Positions 1 to 7,096 of a stretch of 13,874 bases of DNA are shown here, piece by piece; within the stretch, counting starts at the first letter, position 1, and each line of letters starts with the position of its first letter. The position numbers and the translations under genes are program-made. The notes beneath the pieces were generated by a model. The model had not been told where the DNA came from. It searched no databases and saw nothing but the letters and a program-made list of their open reading frames with translations. The stretch comes from Promethearchaeota archaeon (GTDB lineage: Archaea > Asgardarchaeota > Lokiarchaeia > Sigyniarchaeales > SOKP01): NCBI GenBank assembly GCA_048938005.1, contig JBHLMQ010000069.1, forward strand, positions 1-13,874, in the 5' to 3' direction.

Positions 1-495
1 ATTGGCAAAATTATTGAAGTTGAGGCTTACCTTGGACCAATTGATAAGGCAAGTCATTCTTATAATTACAAAAGGACTAACCGAACAAAACCAATGTACA
101 TGAAACCGGGGACTCTTTATATTTATTTGATATATGGATTGTATTATTGCCTTAATGTTATAACTGAACCAGCAGGAATACCTTGTGCGATATTAATTAG
201 AAAATTATTTCCTATTGAAGGAATTGAGTTGATGGTTGAAAATAGAAATGTTAAAGTTGGAAAAAACTTCAAGAATTTAACTGATGGCCCTGGAAAACTG
301 TGTATGGCATTGAATATAACAAAAGCCAAATTTAATGGGAAGGATTCTTGTTTAACTAGCTCAAAATTATTTTTTATTGAAGGTGAGAAAATTAGTAGTA
401 ATTCTATTATAGCCAATAAAAGAATTGGAATTGGTTATGCTGAAGAAGATAAAGATCGACTCTTAAGATTTACTTTAAAAAATGAAATACGTTAA
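1..495 (+). CDS. mpg: DNA-3-methyladenine glycosylase (MPG/AAG family), 5'-truncated by window edge
   Basis: Frame is open from base 1 (IGKIIEVEAYLGPIDKASHS...) into the listed ORF at 94. It carries the family motifs EVEAY, D-x-ASH, PG-x-LYIY-x-IYG, A-ILIR, GPGKLC-x-AL and RIGI. Confidence 0.95.
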   Translation: MGKIIEVEAYLGPIDKASHSYNYKRTNRTKPMYMKPGTLYIYLIYGLYYCLNVITEPAGIPCAILIRKLFPIEGIELMVENRNVKVGKNFKNLTDGPGKLCMALNITKAKFNGKDSCLTSSKLFFIEGEKISSNSIIANKRIGIGYAEEDKDRLLRFTLKNEIR

Positions 496-558
496 TTTTC
501 TTAACTGATTTCTACTTTGTCCTATTACAAATTGGACATTAATGGATAAATTTAAATA

Positions 559-1077
559 TTGGTATTGCTCGTTTTCATATGTAATTCGGGGTTAAAGGTA
601 ATTAGAGGTGATTTTATCGCAAAGGACGCTTTGAAATTTTTCCAAGCATACATTAAAGAGATGATCGATATTGGCGGAAATAATTTACCCAAAGCTATTT
701 CCACAAAATCTGGTTCAAAATTAGGTAAATTATATAAAGAAAGGGGGCTAGCTTTAGATCTTGGTACCGCGCTAAAACAAATATATTCTGCACTTAAAGC
801 AAAACCATTGATAAAAAAATTAAATGATAATACTTATGAGGTGATTATTAAATACTCAAAAAAATTCTGTCCAATAGGAGGGGCTCATAATCCATCCCGA
901 GCTCCGATCTTTCAAGAGAATATTTGCATACCTTACACACGGGGTTTTTTAAACGAAGTTTTTCCACAATTCACGTTTAAATCAGAAATTTTAAGTTGTA
1001 TACTACTTAACAATCAACGTACTTGTCATTACATTCTAAAAATTGAAAATAAGAAGAATATAAATCAAATGACTTGA
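559..1077 (+). CDS. Cys-rich V4R/MetOD1-like small-ligand-binding domain protein, paralog 1 (true start possibly ATC at 616)
   Basis: Four Cys in FCP...ICIPY-x-RG...C-x8-C-x-Y, like V4R/methanogen output domain folds. About 75% identical to 1246..1692 by manual alignment. Homology begins at about nt 622. Confidence 0.7.
   Translation: MVLLVFICNSGLKVIRGDFIAKDALKFFQAYIKEMIDIGGNNLPKAISTKSGSKLGKLYKERGLALDLGTALKQIYSALKAKPLIKKLNDNTYEVIIKYSKKFCPIGGAHNPSRAPIFQENICIPYTRGFLNEVFPQFTFKSEILSCILLNNQRTCHYILKIENKKNINQMT
605..611 (+). promoter_or_regulatory. Shine-Dalgarno GAGGTGA
   Basis: Archaeal consensus SD lying 4 nt before the in-frame ATC at 616. The same spacing occurs in AGGTGA-tgat-ATG of the GTPase gene at 8967. 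Confidence 0.6.
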
Positions 1078-1245
1078 ATTGAATGTTGTTTCTAATTCAA
1101 TTCTTATATTTTTTTTAAATTCTTGAAAAAGTTCATTTTCTTTTTTATTATCAAATAAATAATTCTAATAACAAATCTTAAATAATTTAAAGTGGAGATT
1201 AATCTAGATTTCTCTTCATGATATTTATATAAATTTCTCAAAATT

Positions 1246-1692
1246 ATGTCAAAAAATAAAGATGCTTTAAAGTTTTTTCAAGTATACATTAAAGAAATGA
1301 TTGATATTGGAGGAAAAAATTTACCTAAAACCATTTCTAGTAAATTAGGGACAAAACTTGGGAAAATGTATAAAGATCGAGGATACACTCTGGATATTGG
1401 AACTGCACTAAAACAAATTTATTTTGCATTGAATGGTAAACCCGTGATAAAACGATTAAATGAAAATAGCTATGAAGTAAAGGTTAGATACCCAAGAAAA
1501 TTCTGCCCTGTTGGAGGAGCTTATAATCCTTCCCGAGCTCCGATTTTTCAAGAGAACATTTGCATACCTTATACACGGGGTTTTTTAAATCAACTTTTTC
1601 CCCAATTAACTTTTGGAGAAGAATTCTTAAATTGTATTCCCCTTAATAATCAAAGGATTTGTCATTATATTTTAAAGATTAAAAAACAATAA
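1246..1692 (+). CDS. Cys-rich V4R/MetOD1-like domain protein, paralog 2
   Basis: 148-aa ORF with ATG start and the same four-Cys pattern. Tandem duplicate of the upstream gene. Confidence 0.75.
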   Translation: MSKNKDALKFFQVYIKEMIDIGGKNLPKTISSKLGTKLGKMYKDRGYTLDIGTALKQIYFALNGKPVIKRLNENSYEVKVRYPRKFCPVGGAYNPSRAPIFQENICIPYTRGFLNQLFPQLTFGEEFLNCIPLNNQRICHYILKIKKQ

Positions 1693-1760
1693 AAGTAAAT
1701 TTACTTACATAAAATTTTTAACTTTTTGATTTTATTTCTGAAATCAGAAATTTAATTTTT

Positions 1761-1947
1761 AAACATCGGGCTGAAATTATTCAAAATACAATTTGTATCC
1801 CTTATACAGCAGCTATTTTGAATTCTTCCCATCCTGAGTTTATTTATGATTCAGAAATATTAGAATGTATTTTTGGCTCCAATAATAGACTGCAAATATC
1901 GACTTATTAAAGAACCAAAAAGTGGAAATAATAGTAAAGAGTATTAG
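1761..1947 (+). pseudogene. Truncated, frameshifted third copy of the V4R/MetOD1-like gene
   Basis: Translation from 1761 gives KHRAEIIQNTICIPYTAAILNSSHPEFIYDSEILECIFGSNNR. After a frame change near 1890 it continues CKYRLIKEPKSGNNSKEY*. This aligns to PSRAPIFQENICIPYTRGFLNEVFPQFTFKSEILSCILLNNQRTCHYILKIENK. The N-terminal ~90 codons are missing and there is an in-frame TAA at 1719. Confidence 0.85.
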
Positions 1948-1985
1948 ATTTAGAAAAACCTGAACCTCGATATCAATCCTACTAT

Positions 1986-2264
1986 TATGACCAGTAGATC
2001 TCATGCTCCTCCACACCCGCACTACAAAGCGTGAACTACTATTCGCACGGATGCTCCCGCCAGGGCCTGTCCGGTTTTGAAATTATGAGTTTGTATATTT
2101 CCTACAAAATATATCACTCTGTAACCCACCTATGTAGCCGATGCTTCGACGGAACATAAGATTGGATAATAGCACTCATGAGATCTGAATTCAGGCAATT
2201 TCCACTATGAGCATTTTATGGTCCTCCCAGCATAGGGGAATCAGCCATGCCCAACTCGGCCATA
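1986..2264 (-). ncRNA. ffs: Archaeal signal recognition particle (SRP/7S) RNA
   Basis: GC-enriched island. Minus strand shows helix 8 CGGA-CAGG-CCC-UGGC-GGG-AGCA-UCCG with the SRP54-binding CAGG/AGCA symmetric loop, and helix 6 UAUAUUUU-GUAG-GAAAUAUA with a GNAG loop. Helix 5 pairs AGAUCUCAUG/CAUGAGAUCU, and terminal helix 1 pairs UAUGGCC/GGUCAUA. Ends are approximate. Confidence 0.9.
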
Positions 2265-2284
2265 GAAATATAATTCATTATGAA

Positions 2285-2300
2285 ATTTAAAATTTATATT
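2285..2300 (-). promoter_or_regulatory. Putative TATA box for SRP RNA
   Basis: Minus strand reads AATATAAATTTTAAAT about 21-36 nt upstream of the predicted 5' end. The AT-rich background lowers specificity. Confidence 0.4.
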
Positions 2301-2354
2301 TTTGCGAAGACAATGGTATCTTAAAGATTATAAGGCAATTAATTGAGGTGTAGT

Positions 2355-2519
2355 TTATTCCTTTGAAATCAAATTTTTTTTAATTTCTTTTCTTCTTATA
2401 ATTGAGAGAAATTCTTTTGTATCTGGAAAGATATAAACAATATCGTCTCCATCATCTTCAATTATAACTTCTTTATAGAATTTTTCTTTAACTTTGGCAT
2501 TTAAATCATTTATTATCAT
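2355..2519 (-). CDS. Small hypothetical protein (54 aa)
   Basis: ATG..TAA ORF MIINDLNAKVKEKFYKEVIIEDDGDDIVYIFPDTKEFLSIIRRKEIKKNLISKE. It has protein-like composition, is co-directional with its neighbours and fills the gap. It is absent from the ORF track. Confidence 0.6.
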   Translation of the reverse strand: MIINDLNAKVKEKFYKEVIIEDDGDDIVYIFPDTKEFLSIIRRKEIKKNLISKE

Positions 2520-2613
2520 AAACTAAATATTTAAAATAAGGTTCAAAAAAACGTATAGCATGGTGATAATATGGAGATGACGAAAGAATAAGAAATTGAA
2601 AAAATTGATGTTT

Positions 2614-3471
2614 TCAATTAATAAGTAGATTATCTAAAAATGATCTTACTTGATTATTAGCAGATTTTCCATGATTAAAAAGACCATTTAGATATCCATT
2701 TAGAAAGACTTTGATTTCAGAGTTGAGATCTTTTATGTCGATGTAATTGAATTTTGCTTTCAACTTTTTAGCATCAACTACAGGTTTTACATGTTTTTCA
2801 ATTAAATTCAATGTAAAATTCACAACAGCACTATTGACTCTTTCTTTATCATAAGAGGATAACTCATAGTTTCCTTGAATAGTTTGTTTTCTCAATTCAT
2901 TCAATTCTAATAATGAATTCTCTAGATCTGGTAACAATTTCAATAATTTTATTTTTGTAGGTAAATTTTCATTAATATTATTTGGAAGTTGAGCATCACA
3001 ATATTTCTCTAGATTTGCGTAAAATCTGACCAAAAGTTTAAATGTATCTTCAATTTCATACATACTTTCCCAAATATTTAGATCTATTCCTTTAAGAGAT
3101 TTTTTGATACTAACTTTAATTTTTTCAGAAACTCCTGATAAATAATGTGAATAATCCTCAAATGGGAATCCAAAGTAATAGTTGTTATATTTTTCTTTAA
3201 TATCTTTACCTACAACGGTCTGAGACTGAATTTTTTCTTTTTTAACTATTTCTTTTACAAATTTCATCACATAATTACAGTTTGGACAATAGGTAATCCA
3301 TGACCCTAAAATTACTTCAGATGGTTTAACTCCACTAGAACTAATATAACCATTAAAACCTGATAATAATTTTCCCTCTGAAGAAGAAAACGTAGCCTCT
3401 TCTGGGTAAAAAGTTCTTGGAATGAATTTAATACTACATAGCGGACATTTCAGCTTTTCTTTCTTCTTCAT
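2614..3471 (-). CDS. Hypothetical protein: N-terminal zinc ribbon plus helical, possibly degenerate HEPN/DUF4145-like region
   Basis: CPLC...CPNC pair. C-terminal LPTKIKLL...LNELRKQTIQG resembles DUF4145-type L-xx-KI...R-x4-6-H but lacks the His. Confidence 0.7.
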   Translation of the reverse strand: MKKKEKLKCPLCSIKFIPRTFYPEEATFSSSEGKLLSGFNGYISSSGVKPSEVILGSWITYCPNCNYVMKFVKEIVKKEKIQSQTVVGKDIKEKYNNYYFGFPFEDYSHYLSGVSEKIKVSIKKSLKGIDLNIWESMYEIEDTFKLLVRFYANLEKYCDAQLPNNINENLPTKIKLLKLLPDLENSLLELNELRKQTIQGNYELSSYDKERVNSAVVNFTLNLIEKHVKPVVDAKKLKAKFNYIDIKDLNSEIKVFLNGYLNGLFNHGKSANNQVRSFLDNLLIN

Positions 3472-3732
3472 GACTCTTTTAAATACTCTTTAATTTATTC
3501 ATTAACTGAATAGGTGATATCATAATTCATAGTACAATCGGATCTATAAATACGAGAATAATATGTGGAACATATTCCCTCCAATATCTTAAAATTAAAA
3601 TATTAATGAAATTTTACTAAAAGAAGATTACTATTGATTTTATTTTCATCATATAACAATAATTGTATTTTAGATGATAAAACAAAATTGATTTAATTAT
3701 CTATAAGGATTTAAAAATAGAGGAATTCTAAA

Positions 3733-4836
3733 ATGTCAAAAGAAATAGTATATATTGAAGCTAATATTCTTCAAAACTTTATGAGAGATGTTTTCCTTGG
3801 ACTTGGAGTATCAAAAGAAGATGCTGATATTATTGCTGATGTGTTGATTACATCAGATTTAAGAGGTATCGACTCACATGGAATCCAACGGTGTAAAATG
3901 TATTACGACCGCATCAAGCAAGGGATTTATGAAACAAAAACAAAAATTGATATAATAAAGGAGGGCCCTACTACAGCCTTATTAGATGGAAATTGTGGAA
4001 TGGGTCATGTTATAGCTTATAATGCAATGAAAATGGCAATTGAAAAAGCAAAAAAGTATGGACTTGGGGCAATAGCTGTGAGAAATTCTACACATTTCGG
4101 TATTGCAGGTTATTATTCCTTAATGGCTATAAAAGAAGGTATGATTGGCTTAGTTGTCACTAATGCAAGACCATCTATACCTCCAACATTTGGATGTGAA
4201 CCTATGTTAGGTACAAATCCATTAACAGTAGGCGCTCCAACTGATGAAGAATTCCCTTTTCTTCTTGATTGTGCAACTTCTATTATTCAAAGAGGAAAAG
4301 TTGAAATTTATGCTCGAATTAATAAAACTCTTCCAAAAAATACTGTTATTGATGATAAAGGAGAATTTATGACAAATCCCAATAAAGTTTTAGAAGAAAT
4401 GTTAGAAAGAAAGGCATCTTTATTACCATTAGGTGGAAAAGGTGAAGAAACGGGGGGATATAAAGGTTATGGCTATGCAACAGTAGTAGAACTCCTTTCA
4501 GCTGCGTTACAAGAGGGTATTTATTTAAGAGATACTCTAGGAATTGTTGAAAATGATAAAAAAAGATTGAAAGTTGGTCATTTCTTCTTAGCTATTAATC
4601 TTGAAAGTTTTATTGGTGTAAATTCATTTAAAGAAACTGCAGGTAATATCATGAGAGATCTTAGAAATTCAAGAATTATTCCTGGTGAAGAACGTATTTA
4701 CACAGCTGGTGAAAAAGAATATATTGCAGAGATTACCAGAAAAAAAACAGGTATACCTCTCAATAAAAGCCTACAAAACGATATTAAAATAATGCAAACA
4801 GAACTAGGGATAAATAAATATAAATTTCCTTTTTAA
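3733..4836 (+). CDS. Ldh_2 family oxidoreductase (malate/L-lactate/L-sulfolactate dehydrogenase, ComC/AllD-like)
   Basis: Motifs DLRGIDSHG, DGNCGMG, NSTHFG, GTNP, GYKGYG and PGE; 367 aa; GAGG SD upstream. Confidence 0.93.
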   Translation: MSKEIVYIEANILQNFMRDVFLGLGVSKEDADIIADVLITSDLRGIDSHGIQRCKMYYDRIKQGIYETKTKIDIIKEGPTTALLDGNCGMGHVIAYNAMKMAIEKAKKYGLGAIAVRNSTHFGIAGYYSLMAIKEGMIGLVVTNARPSIPPTFGCEPMLGTNPLTVGAPTDEEFPFLLDCATSIIQRGKVEIYARINKTLPKNTVIDDKGEFMTNPNKVLEEMLERKASLLPLGGKGEETGGYKGYGYATVVELLSAALQEGIYLRDTLGIVENDKKRLKVGHFFLAINLESFIGVNSFKETAGNIMRDLRNSRIIPGEERIYTAGEKEYIAEITRKKTGIPLNKSLQNDIKIMQTELGINKYKFPF

Positions 4837-4881
4837 TCGTCTGTCTTCTACTATATCTTTAAAAAAAGTATAATTTAATAT

Positions 4882-5700
4882 TCATTGGTTCTTGTATAAT
4901 CCTAGAAAGATAACCAAAAAGATGCACAAATCAACTAATTCAACCACAATAACGTAATTTGCAGTTTCACCTAAAATATTTTGCATAATTGGTCTAAGAA
5001 TGTTGGAAATCATATATAGAAGAAAGCCAATTGTTAAGATCTTAGGTTTTACCATTTTGAGGCGATCGTATCTATAGGCTAAATAAAAAATGTATACTAT
5101 ACCGAGCAACGAGGGAATAAGGATAATGGGTAAAATCATACCTAAAATTGTTATGTTAGGAACAATAATAATTGCGACAGATTCAACACCTACAATGATA
5201 GCGAGTAATCTGGTCCTGAGCGTATTCATGTATCGTTTATCTTTTAATTGTGTAAATCTATCTTCCAACCTGAAAAATACTATTTCAAATCCAAGATATA
5301 TTAGAGGAGCAACTTCAAACACGATGATAAAATACCGAAGTTTCACAAGTAGAAGGACAAATGCATCATCAAATGTAAAAAATGTAAGATCCCAGAAAAT
5401 GTCGATTGCTTTCCCAAACGCTAAGAGAAAGAAAAAAATCCCTAGTAAAAATGGAATATCTGTTAAATATTGTGCTTCCTGTTTAAACCACTTACTGAAT
5501 AGATAAAAAGTTATTATTGACAACAGGAGGATTCTAAGTGAAATGATGAGAACGACTTGCAATGCTCCTTCATAATCGGTAAATGCTTGCGTAATTAAAG
5601 AACTGTTGACGAAAAAAAGAAAGAACACGCTAAGAATGCCTAAAATAGTACTTAAAAAGATGCTATATTGATACAGCCGTTTCTTGTTTAATCTAGTCAT
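4882..5700 (-). CDS. Integral membrane protein with about 7-8 TM helices
   Basis: Eight hydrophobic segments by eye, several carrying intramembrane charged residues (K, D, R, E). No soluble output domain. Confidence 0.8.
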   Translation of the reverse strand: MTRLNKKRLYQYSIFLSTILGILSVFFLFFVNSSLITQAFTDYEGALQVVLIISLRILLLSIITFYLFSKWFKQEAQYLTDIPFLLGIFFFLLAFGKAIDIFWDLTFFTFDDAFVLLLVKLRYFIIVFEVAPLIYLGFEIVFFRLEDRFTQLKDKRYMNTLRTRLLAIIVGVESVAIIIVPNITILGMILPIILIPSLLGIVYIFYLAYRYDRLKMVKPKILTIGFLLYMISNILRPIMQNILGETANYVIVVELVDLCIFLVIFLGLYKNQ

Positions 5701-5895
5701 ATCGATAATTCCATATTATTTTTTTTAAATAGCACTAAATTTTGAATTCTTTAAATAGAAATAAAAAGAAAAAAAAATATCTTAAATGCATTAATTTAAT
5801 GGCTAGAATTTTTATATATGATAACTGTTTTATAAGTTATAGGCAAGAATTTTCTTGAAACAAAATTGAACATATCTAGAATTTAAAATAAAAAT

Positions 5896-6013
5896 GGCTC
5901 CTGTCAATCCCCTGGATTTTTGTCTTTTGGTTGTGTAATTATTTACACAAAGGAATAACCTACTCTGCCTTTTGAAAAATTTTGCCTTGTATTAAGGTTT
6001 TTTGGCAGGAGCC
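5896..6013. ncRNA. Candidate structured non-coding RNA or MITE-like element (unassigned)
   Basis: 12-bp closing stem GGCTCCTGTCAA (5896-5907) / TTGGCAGGAGCC (6002-6013). It encloses hairpins AATCC-cct-GGATT, TTGTGTAA-ttat-TTACACAA and GCCTT-gtatt-AAGGT, inside a 411-bp gap with no long ORF. Confidence 0.5.
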
Positions 6014-6111
6014 TCCCTTATATGAATTCTAAACCTAAGCTAATTACTGTATTTTTCTTTTATATAAATGCTATAAAAGAATTTGTATTTCTTAAAAAAG
6101 GAGTATTGAAT

Positions 6112-6957
6112 TTATAATAACAAAAAAGTCTCTAATACAAAAGTATCTAATTTTAAATCCTTTAATAGTTTCATATTATTGAAGATATATGCGTAAATTT
6201 TCTCATCACTAAAATATTTAAAACATAGGTTATTTCCTTTTACTTCCCTTAAAATATTAACAATATCACTAAGAATTGATTTCAAAATTTTTATTACTAA
6301 ATCCTTATCACTTTTAATTAAATTTATGTCTATAATATTAAACCATGATTCCTTATTAAAAGATATATTTTTTAATTCTGGAGTATCCTTGAAATCTTCT
6401 TGGGTTTTAAATTTTTTATACATTTTTTCTATTTTATCCAGGATGAAACTTTTCGATTTACTATACATTTTTTTTTCGATAATATTTCTTAACATAATCA
6501 AGATTTTTTGAAAAATTCCTAAAATATCAAAAAAATCCGCAACTTGTTCCAGATCTTCCACTTCTCCCCATTGGTTATAATAATCTTCAATTTCATTAAG
6601 AAATGGTAAAAAAACATTAATATCTCCATCCCAAGTATGCCCTTTTTTAACCCAGGTTGGTTTAAATTCCTTTATGAATGAATTTTTAATAACATTTAAT
6701 CTACCCATTAACATCTCAGTTTTTACATTTTTCGTATCTGCTGCAACAAAAAGTAATTTAAACTTTTCTTCTAATATATAAACCCACCTTAGCCCTCCCA
6801 TTTCTATAGAATCTAATGATTCTTTAAATTCTACCATTGAAAAATGATGGAAAGCTGTTAAAAATCCAGAAACTATGTCTTCATCGGCATCTGTTTTCAA
6901 AAAGGACTTATAAAGTAATTTAACTCCTGAATCTGCATCTAATATCCAAATGATCAT
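6112..6957 (-). CDS. Longin-domain protein (N-terminal longin plus helical C-terminus)
   Basis: N-terminus IIWILDADSGVKLLY...DEDIVSGFLTAFHHFS...LDSIEMGGLRWVY...LLFVAA matches the typical Asgard longin pattern. Confidence 0.8.
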   Translation of the reverse strand: MIIWILDADSGVKLLYKSFLKTDADEDIVSGFLTAFHHFSMVEFKESLDSIEMGGLRWVYILEEKFKLLFVAADTKNVKTEMLMGRLNVIKNSFIKEFKPTWVKKGHTWDGDINVFLPFLNEIEDYYNQWGEVEDLEQVADFFDILGIFQKILIMLRNIIEKKMYSKSKSFILDKIEKMYKKFKTQEDFKDTPELKNISFNKESWFNIIDINLIKSDKDLVIKILKSILSDIVNILREVKGNNLCFKYFSDEKIYAYIFNNMKLLKDLKLDTFVLETFLLL

Positions 6958-7096
6958 ATTTCTAACGAAAATAATTTTCGCTACTATTTAAGAGGAAATA
7001 AATATATTAATCTTATAAATTATTTCAAATGTTAAATTTAAAAAATTGAGTAAAAATCTTAGAGTCGAATTAATTACGCTAAGATTACCTCTCAAA

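Noticed and set aside
144-416. 90-aa minus-strand ORF
   Set aside because: Antisense shadow inside the well-supported glycosylase gene.
1840-2022. 60-aa minus-strand ORF
   Set aside because: Overlaps the SRP RNA 3' end and is antisense to the pseudogene fragment, which together explain the sequence.
2562-2591. GGTGA-taat-ATG followed by a 6-codon ORF (MEMTKE)
   Set aside because: Good SD spacing, but too short to support and convergent with the adjacent gene; may be chance or a remnant.
3512-3620. AGGTGA followed by a 32-codon ATA-start frame, and an opposite-strand GGAGG-ATG 9-codon ORF
   Set aside because: Short, without motifs and within a divergent promoter region; cannot be told from chance.
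5090-5506. 138-aa plus-strand ORF
   Set aside because: Antisense to the membrane protein, with no recognisable motifs.
5894-5938. 14-aa ORF MAPVNPLDFCLLVV in the structured element
   Set aside because: No SD and no downstream + strand gene to act as leader for; base pairing explains the sequence better.
5896-6013. Identification as tRNA, 5S rRNA, RNase P RNA, SECIS or CRISPR repeat
   Set aside because: No TTCGA T-loop, no 5S CCGAAC, no RNase P GAGGAAAGTCC, no AUGA/GA core and no regularly spaced repeats.
6326-6511. 61-aa plus-strand ORF
   Set aside because: Antisense shadow of the longin gene.
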